This document shows positions 8,538 through 17,052 of a stretch of 64,000 nucleotides of DNA, piece by piece (the first letter of the stretch is position 1; each line of letters opens with the position of its first letter). Location of the stretch: assembly GCA_045638605.1 (NCBI GenBank), contig JAZUBS010000034.1:30112-94111 (forward strand), read 5' to 3'. Under the pieces are notes generated by a model that had not been told where the DNA came from, searched no databases, and worked only from the letters and a program-made list of their open reading frames with translations. The position numbers were made by a program, and so were the translations under genes. This stretch comes from Candidatus Gastranaerophilaceae bacterium (GTDB lineage: Bacteria > Cyanobacteriota > Vampirovibrionia > Gastranaerophilales > Gastranaerophilaceae).

Positions 8538-9014
8538 TTATATATCTTGCTTTTCTACCTTCGTTAACAGATTAAGATTTTCTTTTTCTTTTACTTTTTC
8601 TTCTGTTTGAATTTTTTGTAATCTTATTTTTCTAGTATTAGTATCAATTTTTTCTTGAGCCTTAGCCTTTTTATATGCGGCTTTACTAGGATGCCAAATA
8701 TCTATATAATCCTCACAATCAATTTTACTAAGTGCCGTTGTATAAAATCGTTTCCAAGGAGCGATAAAATTAGTAATAAACCCATATAAACCTCGTCCTA
8801 CTGATTTTATTTTATATTTAAAAATCTTTTCCTTAGTATTTGTTGTTATGTGTAAGTCAAAATCCTTTCTTTTAGAAAATTCTTTTACAGCACTAGTATT
8901 AACAAGATTATCAATGACTTCAGTGCTTAACTTTACTAAGTCTTTTTTATTGTGAAAATAAACTCTACCAAAAGAAGTCGTATTATTTGTTGTGCTTATT
9001 GAATTTATTTGCAT
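8538..9014 (-). CDS. hypothetical protein, tandem paralog of 8190..8519 with a Lys/Glu-rich tail
   Basis: See the paralog alignment above. Starts 9 nt downstream of the dxs stop, so it is probably co-transcribed. Confidence 0.6.
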   Translation of the reverse strand: MQINSISTTNNTTSFGRVYFHNKKDLVKLSTEVIDNLVNTSAVKEFSKRKDFDLHITTNTKEKIFKYKIKSVGRGLYGFITNFIAPWKRFYTTALSKIDCEDYIDIWHPSKAAYKKAKAQEKIDTNTRKIRLQKIQTEEKVKEKENLNLLTKVEKQDI

Positions 9015-9023
9015 ATCTTCCCC

Positions 9024-10787
9024 CTAACAAGACATACTTAGCATATCCCTAACGTCTTCTAAAATCAATTCTTTTTTAAGTCTGAAATTTGTATAAAGTT
9101 CGTCTAGCGGAGTTCTGTCCGTAAATTCTTTTTTAGCACCATAGCATAAAACTTTCATATCTGAGTTACCATAAAAACGAGCAATTTTTTCACCAAACCC
9201 ACCATTTAAAAGTCCGTCTTCTAAAGAAATTACAACGGAATGATTATGTTTTAATTCTTCAAGCATTTCTTCATCAATACCTGTAATAAACCTAGGGTTA
9301 ATCAATGTTGCGTCAATGTTCAATTTTTCTTTCAATTCAGATTTTACTTCTTTTGCTAAATGAAAGAAATTTCCAAGACCTAAAATTACAACTTTTTCCC
9401 CTCTTTCTTCCATTTTAAACTTATTTAAAATAGAATAATCAGTTTTGTCTTCAATTCCTGTTGAAATAACTTCGCTAAAAGGCACACGGATTGCCAATGG
9501 GTGAGAATTTTGTTGATAAGCATATTCTAACATTGCAATATATTCTTCTTTACAAGTTGGAGCAAGATAAACCATATTTGGAATATTTGAAATTAATGGA
9601 ATATCAAAACAGCCTAAATGAGTACAATCTGCACTAGAAATCACCCCCCAATAAACAAGCATTGTCATTGGTGATTTGTTAAGACACAAATCTTGTGATA
9701 ATTGGTCATACGTTCTTTGAACAAACGAGCTAAGTATTGCTAAAAATGGTTTTGAGCCAGTTTTTGCCATAGCTGACGCGCAAGCAATTGCATGTTCTTC
9801 TGCAATACCCACGTCCATATACTGTCTACCCAGTTTTTCTCTAAACTCTTTTGTAAATCCAGTAGCTCCAGGAGTTGCTGGTGTTATTGCCATAAGTGTT
9901 TTATCTTCTTTGGCTTTAGCAAGAATAAAATCTGTTGTAAGTTTTTCGTACGTTTCGCACGCCATTACTTGAGTATTTTGGGACTCATCCAAAATTCCAG
10001 GGCAAACCCAATGGAATTTTTCTTTATTTTGTTCTGCTTGTGATAGCCCACAGCCCTTAAGTGTCCTTACATGTACGATTATTGGATGGTCAATATCTTT
10101 TACTTTTTCAAAAATTTGAATTAATTTTTCAACATTGTTACCTTCATCAACATAAATATAATCAAACCCGATAGTTTTAAAGAAGTTATTTGTTGCTTTT
10201 CCTTTAGTATCACGCAATTCGGCTAAATTTGCATAAATTCCGCCAAAATTTTCTGCAATTGACATATCATTATCATTTACAACAATAATCATATTAGAGT
10301 CTAAAACGGCAGCATTATTTAAACCTTCAAGCGATTCTCCTCCTGTCAAAGAACCATCACCAATTAAAGCAATCACGTTATGTCTTTCATTCTTTAAATC
10401 CCTAGCTTTTGCAACACCTGTTGCCAAACTAACAGAGGTCGAAGTATGTCCAACAGTGAACAAATCATGTTCACTTTCTTGAGGTGCCGTGTAACCAGTA
10501 TATTTTAAATAATTTTGCGGATTTAAAAAGCCCTCTTTCCTACCTGTTAAAATTTTATGTGGATAACATTGATGTGAAACGTCAAAAATAATTTTATCAA
10601 ATGGTGAATTAAACACATAGTGCAAAGCCATCGTAAGCTCTACAACTCCTAAATTTGGTGCCATATGACCACCTGTTGTGTTTACTTTTTTTATTATTAA
10701 TTCCCGCATTTCTTGCGCTAATTCTTCCATTTCACTAATTGATAAAGTTTTTAAATCTTGAGGTGAATTAATTTTATCTAAAATCAC
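9024..10787 (-). CDS. dxs: 1-deoxy-D-xylulose-5-phosphate synthase
   Basis: 587 aa. Motifs: GGHMAPNLGVVELTMALH, DVSHQCYPHKILTGR, GHTSTSVSLATG, GDGSLTGGESLEGLNNA. Confidence 0.88.
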   Translation of the reverse strand: MILDKINSPQDLKTLSISEMEELAQEMRELIIKKVNTTGGHMAPNLGVVELTMALHYVFNSPFDKIIFDVSHQCYPHKILTGRKEGFLNPQNYLKYTGYTAPQESEHDLFTVGHTSTSVSLATGVAKARDLKNERHNVIALIGDGSLTGGESLEGLNNAAVLDSNMIIVVNDNDMSIAENFGGIYANLAELRDTKGKATNNFFKTIGFDYIYVDEGNNVEKLIQIFEKVKDIDHPIIVHVRTLKGCGLSQAEQNKEKFHWVCPGILDESQNTQVMACETYEKLTTDFILAKAKEDKTLMAITPATPGATGFTKEFREKLGRQYMDVGIAEEHAIACASAMAKTGSKPFLAILSSFVQRTYDQLSQDLCLNKSPMTMLVYWGVISSADCTHLGCFDIPLISNIPNMVYLAPTCKEEYIAMLEYAYQQNSHPLAIRVPFSEVISTGIEDKTDYSILNKFKMEERGEKVVILGLGNFFHLAKEVKSELKEKLNIDATLINPRFITGIDEEMLEELKHNHSVVISLEDGLLNGGFGEKIARFYGNSDMKVLCYGAKKEFTDRTPLDELYTNFRLKKELILEDVRDMLSMSC

Positions 10788-10852
10788 AATAAACTCCTTT
10801 GTTATCTAAACTTGAAATTATTATACAATAAAATTTATGTTATAATTCACCT

Positions 10853-11191
10853 ATGAAAAAGAAAATCAGATATTCAGAATTTGAGCAAGTAGGCGTTACA
10901 ATAGAACAGTTTGTAAAGTCGTCTAATTTAACTGGGAAACTGAAAAAATATAACCTTACAAAAGTATGGGGGCAAGTAGTAGGAAAACGATTTGAAACTC
11001 GTTCTTATCCTGCGACTTTATCAAATAAAACACTAAGAGTTGCCTGTGAAAATGCACAAATCACAAGCGAGCTTACATTGTCAAAAAGAATGATAATGCA
11101 AAAACTTCAACCGCTGGCTATGGCTATAGGATTGGATATTCAAGATATTATTTTTTCTCATAAAATTTGGAATCCTTCTGAAAATAACTAA
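10853..11191 (+). CDS. DUF721 (DciA-like) protein
   Basis: 112 aa. KVWGQVVGKRFETRSYPATLSNKTLRVACENAQITSELTLSK matches the DUF721 pattern by eye. Confidence 0.6.
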   Translation: MKKKIRYSEFEQVGVTIEQFVKSSNLTGKLKKYNLTKVWGQVVGKRFETRSYPATLSNKTLRVACENAQITSELTLSKRMIMQKLQPLAMAIGLDIQDIIFSHKIWNPSENN

Positions 11192-11261
11192 ATTTAGTTA
11201 CAAAATTTCACAATTTTTTGAAAATTAAGCACTTTTTTGTGTTTAGTTTTTTTATAATTGT

Positions 11262-12431
11262 ATGACTAATATAAAACCTATAATCGAAAATTTAGTAATC
11301 AAACCATCGCAAAAACATTGTGATAATTTTGTTGGCAAAATAACAGGCTCAATAGAAGAGTCTTCGAGCGGACCTCAAAAAATTTATGCCAAAAATTTAA
11401 ATGCTTTAGGTGTTTCTATACGAAAAAATTTTTCAGCTTTCAACAAATCTGAACTTGATAGCCGCGCGCAACAATTTACAAATAAGTTTTTTGATTTTTT
11501 ACAACTTCAGCCGCAACAAAAAGCTGTAGAGTACGTTTTAAAAGCATTAAATAATAAAATTTTTAAGTTTGTAGAAGCGTTGAGTATTGATGTAAGAAGG
11601 TACGACGAAAAAATCGCTCGGCTTAAAAATATTGTAGGTGAAGAAAATTTTAATACAAAAATTTTACCTGCTTTTAAACAAAATTATTCAAAATATTTAG
11701 ATAACCTATGGTTAAATGAAAATACATCACTTGATTATTTATTTACATTAAGACCAGATTGGTCTTTTAGAAAAATTATGACCAAAATGGATTTTACAAA
11801 GACAAAAAACTTTGGTAACTTACCAGATAATTTTGTCTCAGAAGAAAATTCTTCTATTTTATTTAATCGTTTATCAGAGTTAGCAAAACAACCTAAAACT
11901 CAAACATTAAATATTCCAGATTTTAACATTAATGGAACTAATTATAAGATTTTTAGGTTTACAGACGGCGCAAACAAACAAGGTGTTTTCCTTGTTAGTA
12001 ACGGAAATAAGGAATATGTTGTTAAAATAAACAAAGCTCCATACATGGATAGCGAGATAATGCCTGATGGAAAAATTAAAGCTTATCCTTCTCGCGAAAT
12101 ATTTTTGGATTATTTTTTAACGAAAAATAATTGTGCAGATGTTCCAAAACTTCATTATTATAGATTTGATGCTCAGAATAAATCTAATATAGCTATTTAT
12201 GAATATATAAAACCAGATAAAGAAATGAATTTAAACCAGAATGTAAAATTGTTTGATTTAGAAAAATTGAAGGTTAAATTTAACGATACTAGAGGTGATA
12301 ATAATATAATTTATCAAAATAAAAAACCTTTTTGCGTAGACAATGACGATTCCATTATATCAATGCCTTTCGACTTGTACAACTGGAATTATCATTACAC
12401 AAAAATGTCTGCTTTAACTATACCATATTAA
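11262..12431 (+). CDS. hypothetical protein (possible kinase-like fold, weak)
   Basis: 389 aa. YVVKINK, IYEYI, RGDNNIIY and CVDNDD are loosely reminiscent of the beta3-Lys, hinge, catalytic-loop and metal-loop order of kinase-like folds. The spacing is non-canonical. Confidence 0.5.
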   Translation: MTNIKPIIENLVIKPSQKHCDNFVGKITGSIEESSSGPQKIYAKNLNALGVSIRKNFSAFNKSELDSRAQQFTNKFFDFLQLQPQQKAVEYVLKALNNKIFKFVEALSIDVRRYDEKIARLKNIVGEENFNTKILPAFKQNYSKYLDNLWLNENTSLDYLFTLRPDWSFRKIMTKMDFTKTKNFGNLPDNFVSEENSSILFNRLSELAKQPKTQTLNIPDFNINGTNYKIFRFTDGANKQGVFLVSNGNKEYVVKINKAPYMDSEIMPDGKIKAYPSREIFLDYFLTKNNCADVPKLHYYRFDAQNKSNIAIYEYIKPDKEMNLNQNVKLFDLEKLKVKFNDTRGDNNIIYQNKKPFCVDNDDSIISMPFDLYNWNYHYTKMSALTIPY

Positions 12432-12849
12432 AATTGGCTAGAAAAATTTGCAAAAGACACAAAAATATTTTGTGGCAAAAGCGCGGTAGTGTCTAAACGA
12501 TCAACTTTTAAAATTGCATCTAAAATCCCATTTATTTCATCAGGGTTAAATAAGAAATTTAATAAGCATTGCTCGTTAATATTCATACCATTCCTATCTT
12601 CTAATCTGTAATTAATTCTACCAATTCTCTTTCTTGACTTACGCGACTTAAAATTTAGCTTCGTTAGCGTAAGCTACATTATCTAGTATCGTCAAAAGCA
12701 TAAAAAATAAATCACTCAAAAGTTGATTTTGTTTTTAAATTTTAAAACATTCAGAGGATAGAACTCAATTTTCTAATATTTTATGATGATATTTTTTATA
12801 ATTTGTTTTGTTTTTTTGGTAGAATAAAAAGAAAAAAGAGGATTTGATT

Positions 12850-13560
12850 ATGTTATTGGGTGTAAATATTGATCACGTTGCTACATTAAGAAATGCTCGC
12901 GGAGGTGAAGAACCTAGCGTTATAGACGCAGCAATGATTTGCGAAAAAGCTGGCTGTCATGGCATAACAACACATTTAAGAGAAGATAGACGACATATTA
13001 AAGATAAAGATGTGAATGCGCTTAGACCAATTTTAAAAACTAGATTAAATTTAGAAATGGCAGCAACTGAAGAAATGCAAAAAATTGCACTAGAATTAAA
13101 ACCCAATAACTGCTGTATAGTTCCAGAAAGAAGAGAAGAGGTTACAACCGAAGGTGGACTTGAAGTTGCCGGTCAACTTGAAAAAATAACCCAATTTGTA
13201 ACGCCCTTAGTTGATGCTGGTATTATTGTAAGCCTATTTATTGCGCCAGATGAAGAACAAGTTAGAGCTTCTGCAAAAACAGGAGCCCAGTTTATAGAAC
13301 TTCATACAGGTTCTTATTCAAATGCTTATGGGACACAGAACGAAGAAGTTGAATTTAACAGACTTAAAAATGCAGCTAAATTAGCTCAAGAGTTGGGGCT
13401 TAAAGTTAACGCCGGACACGGATTAAATTATGAAAATGTCCACAGAATGCATGAAATTGAAGGATTGTATGAATTAAACATTGGTCATAGCATAATATCT
13501 CGTGCAATTTTTACAGGACTTGAAAAAGCCGTTGAAGAGATGAAAAACTTGATTGCATAA
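12850..13560 (+). CDS. pdxJ: pyridoxine 5'-phosphate synthase
   Basis: MLLGVNIDHVATLRNARGG...HLREDRRHI...NAGHGLNY. AGAGGA RBS 7 nt before the ATG at 12850. The ORF-track start at 12844 is a TTG with no spacing to the RBS. Confidence 0.93.
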   Translation: MLLGVNIDHVATLRNARGGEEPSVIDAAMICEKAGCHGITTHLREDRRHIKDKDVNALRPILKTRLNLEMAATEEMQKIALELKPNNCCIVPERREEVTTEGGLEVAGQLEKITQFVTPLVDAGIIVSLFIAPDEEQVRASAKTGAQFIELHTGSYSNAYGTQNEEVEFNRLKNAAKLAQELGLKVNAGHGLNYENVHRMHEIEGLYELNIGHSIISRAIFTGLEKAVEEMKNLIA

Positions 13561-13632
13561 ACATTTATACGGACCTCATTTTAAATTTTACATTAATTTT
13601 TTAATAAAATTGTAAAGATTGTAAATTTTTAC

Positions 13633-13669
13633 GCAATTTATTTGCACAAATTGTTTTTATATAGATAAG
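13633..13669 (+). promoter_or_regulatory. conserved promoter-like motif GCAATTT-N18-TATATAGATAAG (copy B)
   Basis: Same motif with an identical 25-nt offset from the GCAATTT start to the TATATA start at 28306 and 34580. It ends 29 nt before the ATG at 13699. Confidence 0.55.
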
Positions 13670-13698
13670 AAGTGTTAGTAAATTAGTGTGGAGAAACC

Positions 13699-14355
13699 AT
13701 GTCAGTAGCAGCGGTTACATCAGCGACAGCATTAGCAACAGCAGCAACAACAATGACAAAATCATTATGCTTTGTGGGAACTAATACCGACAAATTCAAA
13801 GATGGTCAATATGGCCGTGGCTTAGTCGCTATTGCTCAAGCCGCTAAAGCTGGTGAAGCATTTGCTCAAACAGATTTAGCCGGTGCCAATAAATTGCAAG
13901 CTGGCGTAGACCATTTAGGAAAAGCTGCAAAGACATCAAAAACGCTTTCAGCTTGTGGCAAAACACTTAAATGGCTTAAAGCTAACATTAACCCACTTAT
14001 AACCGTTTGTGTCGGTGCCAAAATTATAACATCTAAAAACAAAGAAGAAGCTTTATTTGAAGATGGCACAGGTTTAGGTTGTATGTTTGCTGGAGAAAAA
14101 GCATATAAGTCTTTAGCAAAAACAAACACTGCACAAAACATATTTCTAAAAACAGAAAAATATGGAAACAAGATATTTAAAGGAGTCAAAGGGGGAAAAG
14201 CTGGGAAAATTTGTGCTGGAATAATTGAAGGCTTAGGATTTGTTGCAGCATCAATAGGAGCTTATGCAGGAGGGGCTAAACTTGGAGGCGCAGTGTACGA
14301 TATTAAACAAGAAGCTAAGTTAAAAAAACAAGCTAATTTTAGGGCAATCTGCTAG
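13699..14355 (+). CDS. hypothetical Ala/Gly/Lys-rich protein
   Basis: GGAG RBS, 218 aa, preceded by the shared promoter-like motif. No family recognised. Confidence 0.6.
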   Translation: MSVAAVTSATALATAATTMTKSLCFVGTNTDKFKDGQYGRGLVAIAQAAKAGEAFAQTDLAGANKLQAGVDHLGKAAKTSKTLSACGKTLKWLKANINPLITVCVGAKIITSKNKEEALFEDGTGLGCMFAGEKAYKSLAKTNTAQNIFLKTEKYGNKIFKGVKGGKAGKICAGIIEGLGFVAASIGAYAGGAKLGGAVYDIKQEAKLKKQANFRAIC

Positions 14356-15773
14356 GTCTCAAGTGTTATTTCTATTTCAAAAAATCTGTTCCAAGGAAAA
14401 TTGTAGCAGATTTTTTTTTGCTTAAAATCTAAAAATTTTTCAATTTTTTCTATATATGGTGACATTAAACGCTTAATTTCTTCACAATTAGGCTTGCTTA
14501 CAATATTTTTAAGATGCAATCTACAATTTGCTTGATACGCCCAATCATCTGCAAACCTGATAAATTGTTGCGCTTTAAATGAGTCAATATTTACTTGACA
14601 TTGAAGCTTAAACACAGCAGCGCAAATTGCGCTACCTAAAGAATTTGCACTAGTGTTCCATGCTGCAAATCCGCAATAATTATTAGTTAAAATTTGCTTT
14701 TCAAATAGTTTCTTAACAAATTGATTATCTGCACCATTAGCATATGCAACATCGATTATGACAAAAGGTTTATTAGGTAATGAAAAATCTCCACAAAATG
14801 GCTCTGTTGCAATATCCATAACCAATTCACCCTGCTCATCTTTGAAATTATTTATTATTAATAGCAAATCCGCATTTGCTTCCGCAGGTGATAATGTTGC
14901 ACCACACAATTCAATTTGCCCTTTTACGGAATCCAAAATTGAAACATCTTCATATTTTGAAATTAAATTTATTTCTTCAGGTCTTAAAAATTTAGGATAA
15001 ATTTTTAACTTAGATTTTTTAAAATCACACAAAGCTTTTGACATTAGACTTAGCGGTATTTCATCTGCACCAGTTTTTACAATCGCATTTGATTTATCTG
15101 TTATGATTTTTTCTTGTAGTTCTTCAGCTTCTGCTACATTTATACCAAATTGTGCGCAATCGTCTTTTGAAAAGACTAAGTATTTAAAAACACCTTCTTT
15201 TTGTAATTCCAAATAAAGTTTATTTAACTCAAAATTACGTTTTCGAGTAGAAAAATAATCTTCTAAAATTTCGGTTGGGATTATTTGTCTAATACAAGAA
15301 AATTTTGCATTACTATCATAGGATTTTGTTTTTTGGGCTTTATGAAGATTAAAAGAATAATCAAATATTTTTTTTCCCCAAATATTCCAATATTCTTTTT
15401 CTTCTTCATTTATATTATTATTTGAAATCCGCATTATACTCGAACACGCATAAGCCGTTATTCCTTTTTCTGTAATAATATTTTTAAGGCAATTTATTCT
15501 TTCTTTTATAGTTTCAAAATTATCATTACTTCTTCTTGATGAAACCAAACCACCATATGCAATAGTGTCTAGTGATACAATTAAAATATCAATTTCATTA
15601 AGCTCTTTAAGCCAAGATAAAATTTTATATATTTGCGCGCTGGAAGTAAGCCCTCCTAATAATTCGCGAGGAGGAAGATACAATTCAACATCTGTGCAAA
15701 AATCAATAATATCTTTTGGCAAACTATAGCATACTGGTCTATTATCGATAGGTATAAGCGCAATTTTTAACAT
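14352..15773 (-). CDS. DUF4127-like protein
   Basis: 473 aa. The N-terminus LKIALIPIDNRPVCYSLP resembles the DUF4127 signature (IPLDxRP). Called from memory only. Confidence 0.45.
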   Translation of the reverse strand: MLKIALIPIDNRPVCYSLPKDIIDFCTDVELYLPPRELLGGLTSSAQIYKILSWLKELNEIDILIVSLDTIAYGGLVSSRRSNDNFETIKERINCLKNIITEKGITAYACSSIMRISNNNINEEEKEYWNIWGKKIFDYSFNLHKAQKTKSYDSNAKFSCIRQIIPTEILEDYFSTRKRNFELNKLYLELQKEGVFKYLVFSKDDCAQFGINVAEAEELQEKIITDKSNAIVKTGADEIPLSLMSKALCDFKKSKLKIYPKFLRPEEINLISKYEDVSILDSVKGQIELCGATLSPAEANADLLLIINNFKDEQGELVMDIATEPFCGDFSLPNKPFVIIDVAYANGADNQFVKKLFEKQILTNNYCGFAAWNTSANSLGSAICAAVFKLQCQVNIDSFKAQQFIRFADDWAYQANCRLHLKNIVSKPNCEEIKRLMSPYIEKIEKFLDFKQKKICYNFPWNRFFEIEITLET

Positions 15774-16011
15774 AAATTTATTCTATTTCACATTGAAATA
15801 AAAATCAATTTAAAGAAGATTATTGTAAAAAATGGTTAGCATATTATTTGCAAAAAGGTGTTTTTATGATACATAAAGTATATAGTTTTTAAGATTAGAG
15901 ATTGCTTATTATTTGTAAATTTTTGTTACATGTTTTCAGCTAAAATAGCAAAGATAAATATTTACAAGGGTTTAGCATGATAGAAAAAAAACATGCGAAT
16001 GTGAGGTTAAG

Positions 16012-17052
16012 ATGATTTCTGCTGTTGGTCCACAGCAATGTACAAGAAACAAACCAAGTGAGTTTATTATTACTCCAGAGATGGAAGCTGAGTTTATGAA
16101 GTCCCATGCACATGTTGTTTCCGGTGACCCTATTAGCCAAGCTCGATACACCATGGATAAATTTCAAAACGCAATTTCTTTGTATCCATTAAAAGGCATG
16201 ACAGGAAGTGTAAATTCAAACTTTTATGAGTTTTTAACAATGGGAATGGTTCCTTATTTAATCGGCAGCGGCATGATGATTGCTATTTTTAATGCTGCGA
16301 CAAAATATTTTAAACCAAGCGAACAAAGATTTGCCAATCAAGTTGGACGCAAAATGGCGTTGGGCGTTATATTTTATGCTGCACTAAAAACTCTATCTAA
16401 AAAGTTTATAGAATTACCTATATATTTAAAAACCGGTGTAGATATAAATAAACCTTATAAAGATATGAAAGCTCAATTACCAGAAAATTCAGCAATGATT
16501 AATAACAATGTAAAACTAGTTGAGCATCATAAAGTATTTGAGAGTGTAGATTTTCCTCGTTGGGATTTGTTATATGATATAGAAAAAGACGAACCAAGAA
16601 ATTATTATTATGATAGAATTGCAAAAAAAATGGGACTAGGTAAGAACTTACCGGACTCAGATCAAGAAGTAAAACCTAAAATAAAAGAAACTGTGATTAA
16701 AACAAGAACATGGTCAACTATATCTTCATATATGTGGGCAGGACTTGGCGTAGCATTAGCAGCTCAAGACAGTTGGAATGAACTTTTTGAGGAAAAAACT
16801 ACTGAAATCAAATATTTTTCAAAAGATTTTGCTAATAAATTTGGACAAGCTTTTAAAAAAGCAGTAAAACAACTTTTAGAAGGTGGACCAAACAAGCGTC
16901 CAGGATTAGCACTAGCAGGGAAAATATATACCGCCACGACTGTTGCAAGTACTCTTTTTGGCATAACCGTTGCATCTTTTGATTTCTTTGGCAAGCATGC
17001 TGATATTAAAGACGCAAGAATAGACTATAACAAGGATTATACGGTGGGTTAG
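16012..17052 (+). CDS. hypothetical membrane protein, first gene of a 4-gene coupled operon
   Basis: GAGG RBS, several hydrophobic segments. The TAG stop is directly followed by the ATG of the next gene. Confidence 0.65.
   Translation: MISAVGPQQCTRNKPSEFIITPEMEAEFMKSHAHVVSGDPISQARYTMDKFQNAISLYPLKGMTGSVNSNFYEFLTMGMVPYLIGSGMMIAIFNAATKYFKPSEQRFANQVGRKMALGVIFYAALKTLSKKFIELPIYLKTGVDINKPYKDMKAQLPENSAMINNNVKLVEHHKVFESVDFPRWDLLYDIEKDEPRNYYYDRIAKKMGLGKNLPDSDQEVKPKIKETVIKTRTWSTISSYMWAGLGVALAAQDSWNELFEEKTTEIKYFSKDFANKFGQAFKKAVKQLLEGGPNKRPGLALAGKIYTATTVASTLFGITVASFDFFGKHADIKDARIDYNKDYTVG

Noticed and set aside
12428-12586. 52-codon minus-strand ORF (MNINEQCLLNFLFNPDEINGILDAILK...) in the 410-bp gap before pdxJ
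   Set aside because: It has no convincing RBS and no recognisable family, and it overlaps the stop of the convergent gene. It is kept only as a note and could be checked by ribosome profiling.
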